Source of the DNA: a virus | IMG/VR virus record: IMGVR_UViG_3300002053_001113 | Location: 18,650 to 82,649 of that record | Strand: one strand, 5' to 3' | Length of the DNA: 64,000 nt | Part shown: in pieces, positions 61,382 to 64,000 of the stretch | Layout: every line of letters begins with the position of its first letter | Position numbering within the stretch: position 1 is the stretch's first letter | The notes under the pieces: generated by a model | Seen by the model: the letters and a program-made list of their open reading frames with translations, nothing else | Database searches by the model: none | What the model was told of the DNA's origin: nothing | Made by a program: the position numbers and the translations under genes

Positions 61382-61638
61382 ATACTACTTATTACTAATT
61401 CTTACTAAAAATTATGAATGAAATTGTTAATTTTTAAAAATCTTAACAGTCTATACTAATATACTATATATGTATATTTTTTAATTTTTTGCTCAAAACC
61501 TGTATATACGTCAAAGTGGTATAAATTGTTAAATATTAACAGGATTATTGAAAGATTTTAGTAATAAGTAGTATGGGTTACTAAATTGTTAAGATTTAAC
61601 AATTTATTATAAAAACACATACATACAGGTTTTGAGCA
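61382..61638. repeat. Nested inverted repeats, candidate replication origin
   Basis: 16-bp, 17-bp and 21-bp (1 mismatch) inverted repeats in a divergent AT-rich gap upstream of MCM/primase. Confidence 0.6.
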
Positions 61639-61781
61639 GAAAATTTGAATCCTTGCAAAAAATAGTGATTTTTTAAAAGTGTTGTCACTTAGGAGTTAGT
61701 GACACTCATAATTACCTAAAAACAGGTTGTACGAAATCAAAATGTTTATATAGTAAGTGTACTTTTATATATATGAAGTAA

Positions 61782-63372
61782 ATGGTAAAAAGTAAAAAAC
61801 GTATTATTTACGCAATAGCTGATAATAATGGAAAAGGAAGGTTTGTAGGGTTTGTTGAAGCAAAAACAAAAGAGGTAGCTAATAACAAAGCTAAAAGTAA
61901 AAATAAGGATTATGCTCCTTATGGTATTCCAATACATGATGGTGGTGATTATAAAAGTGGGCTTTGGAATAGAGAAAAATTTAATAGGTGGAGAAGATAG
62001 AAGTAAGAAAAAAAGGTCAAAAAATTATAACTTACTATGAAGTTATTTATAATGGTAATTTATTTAAGGTTAAAGAAATAGAAGATGTAAATAAGAAAAT
62101 GATAACATATGATGTTAGAAAAGAAGAAACACAAAACGAACGTGTAAATATAATAAAGGAGATATCAAGTTTATAGAAGGTGTTTTTAAAATGTCTTTTA
62201 TGAAACCAAAAACAATTTATGAAAATAAGAAAACTAGAATATATATTAATCAATGTTATAACAAAGGAAAGAAAACAAAGTTGTATGTTGTTAGGAGAGA
62301 TGATGATAAAGGAATTGGAAGACTTTTAGGAACAATAAAATTTGATGGAAGATGGAGACAGTATGTTTTTATTCCTGAAGATGGAACAAAGTGGAGTGCG
62401 ATGTGTTTGAGAGGTGTGGCAGCATTTTGTGATGTGATTACAGTTAAATGGAGGATAAAAGTTTTGTTAAATAAAAAATGACTAAAAATTTAATTAATGA
62501 TAGAGTACTTAATAATATAGCTATTAAGTTGTTGAGAAATTGGTTTGTAGTTACACCAAAAAGTAAAGAAGAACCAGAAGGAGATGTTTGGGGAAAAGAC
62601 ACTTCTTTAGGAACAATAGATGAAGTAAAAAGTGCTTTAATTAACGATATAATAGAAGAAATAGAGTGGAATAAAAAATGAAAACAAAAAATATATCTAA
62701 AGAAAAAGTTGTACGTGAAATTAATGCTCTTGGTGACGTTATAAGAAATAAAATTGATATGTTTGAGAAAGAAGGGTGTAATTTTCAAGATGAATATAAT
62801 AAAGGGAGATATCAAGGAGCAATAGATGGCATGAAAGATATGTTAGACAATTTAAGTAGAATGGCTGAGGAGTTAGGATTACAATGATGAAGACAATTAA
62901 ACACGGAGAAGAAAAACAGTTACCAAAAAACTGGACACCCGAAATGTGGGAAGAATTTATAAAATGAAAGCTAAAACAAAGTTTTTAAAAATGTTTTATA
63001 AACTTCCTGAAAGAGCAAGAAAGGAATTAGTATTTGATGCTTATGGTATAAATTCAATGACGTTAAATGTTTGTGCTATTGAAATAAGAGCAGATACAAA
63101 AATTGGAAAAAAGATTTTAATATGGTTAGGATATAAAGACGATTAAGATGGCTAAAAAAACAAAAGGAATGGTAAGGAAGTATGGTTGTAGTTATTGTGG
63201 TAAAACTTATGCTGTTGATTATTTTAGACAGATACACGAAAAAAATTGTGAAGAGAACGACAATAAAATAACACCCACACCTTATACACCCTTTCCAGAA
63301 ACAAAAGGTACAATGTATAGTTGGACACATTTATCAGAGAGAGAAAAGAAGGCTTTAAAGAGGTTTAGTTAA
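61782..63372 (+). other. Cluster of small hypothetical genes
   Basis: Overlapping short ORFs (61782, 61988, 62191, 62478, 62678, ~62964, 63148) after the promoter at 61735. Confidence 0.55.
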
Positions 63373-63630
63373 TGATTAAAAAGAAAGAAATAATATTGTT
63401 TGATTATAGTAAATCGCAACAAGACATTATTTTAGATGACATTGAAAAATCACTTTTAAGATTAGGAATTATTTTATTAATAATTTATAACTATGTGATT
63501 TGGTTTGTATTATAAAATGAAATTAAATATTAATTGGAATAAAAACATAACACAAGGTGGTCACGCTATATATGTTATAGAGAAGGGTGATATTAAAAAA
63601 TTAATTAAAAAGATTTTTTTGGTGATATAA

Positions 63631-64000
63631 ATGAAAGAAGGAAAGAAGATTTATTACACTTGGAAGCAGTTTGATGATGATGTTAAAAAAATTCTAAAAT
63701 TTATTAAACGTAAAAAAATAAAAGTTAAATGGATTTATGGAATTCCAAAAGGAGGACTTGTGTTGGGTGTGGCATTAGCTAACCACTTAAAAGTTCCTCT
63801 GTTTACACAAAGGATGAGTTTATTTAAGTGTGTAAGGATGTTTTATAAGAAGGAAGAGTTAAAACATATTTTAGTTGTTGACGATGTTAGTGATACTGGA
63901 GGCACAATGTTAGATATACCAGACATTATACAACATTACACGGTTACATTACATAAAAAGAAAAGAACACAGTTTACACCAGACTTTTGGTGTAGAGAGA
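63631..64000 (+). CDS. Type I phosphoribosyltransferase (xanthine/guanine PRT-like), 3' truncated
   Basis: Translated by hand: YYTWKQF...GIPKGGL...ILVVDDVSDTGGTM...PDFW. Confidence 0.85.
   Translation, partial: MKEGKKIYYTWKQFDDDVKKILKFIKRKKIKVKWIYGIPKGGLVLGVALANHLKVPLFTQRMSLFKCVRMFYKKEELKHILVVDDVSDTGGTMLDIPDIIQHYTVTLHKKKRTQFTPDFWCRE

Noticed and set aside
1-64000. Cellular chromosome origin; tRNA or rRNA genes; alternative genetic code
   Set aside because: No ribosomal or core metabolic operons, no tRNA T-arm motifs seen, and long ORFs are intact under the standard code

Overview
An AT-rich, gene-dense 64-kb segment that is best read as part of a large archaeal dsDNA virus or provirus. Support for an archaeal host comes from TATA-type promoters, GGAGG/GGTGA ribosome-binding sites, dense N-x-S/T sequons in exported proteins, and PolB/MCM/PCNA/RFC/Hjc-type replication genes. 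1-17 kb (+): membrane and virion module with three tandem two-helix hydrophobic proteins of the spindle-shaped-virus major capsid protein type, repeat-rich fibre proteins, and two adhesins that share a C-terminal anchor module. 17-21 kb (+) and 54.8-56.9 kb (-): arrays of small genes, many starting with the same N-terminal peptide (MDPVKKILG / MFxIDKSIxxIIG) encoded within a repeated stop-RBS-start junction. 21.8-34 kb (-): accessory genes including a complete Ubl-E2-JAB-E1 ubiquitin-like operon. 34.6 kb: tyrosine recombinase. 36-61 kb (-): replication and DNA-modification module (PolB, Hjc, TGT/DpdA-like, glycosyltransferase, DpdL-like, FolE, QueE-like, QueD, clamp loader, UDG, PCNA, Cas4-helicase fusion, primase, MCM), followed by an inverted-repeat-rich candidate origin at 61.4-61.6 kb. 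Several non-coding regions can fold into multi-stem structures. I saw no rRNA, tRNA, CRISPR array, terminase, portal or HK97 capsid gene. All family calls come from motif recognition by eye, not from database searches.
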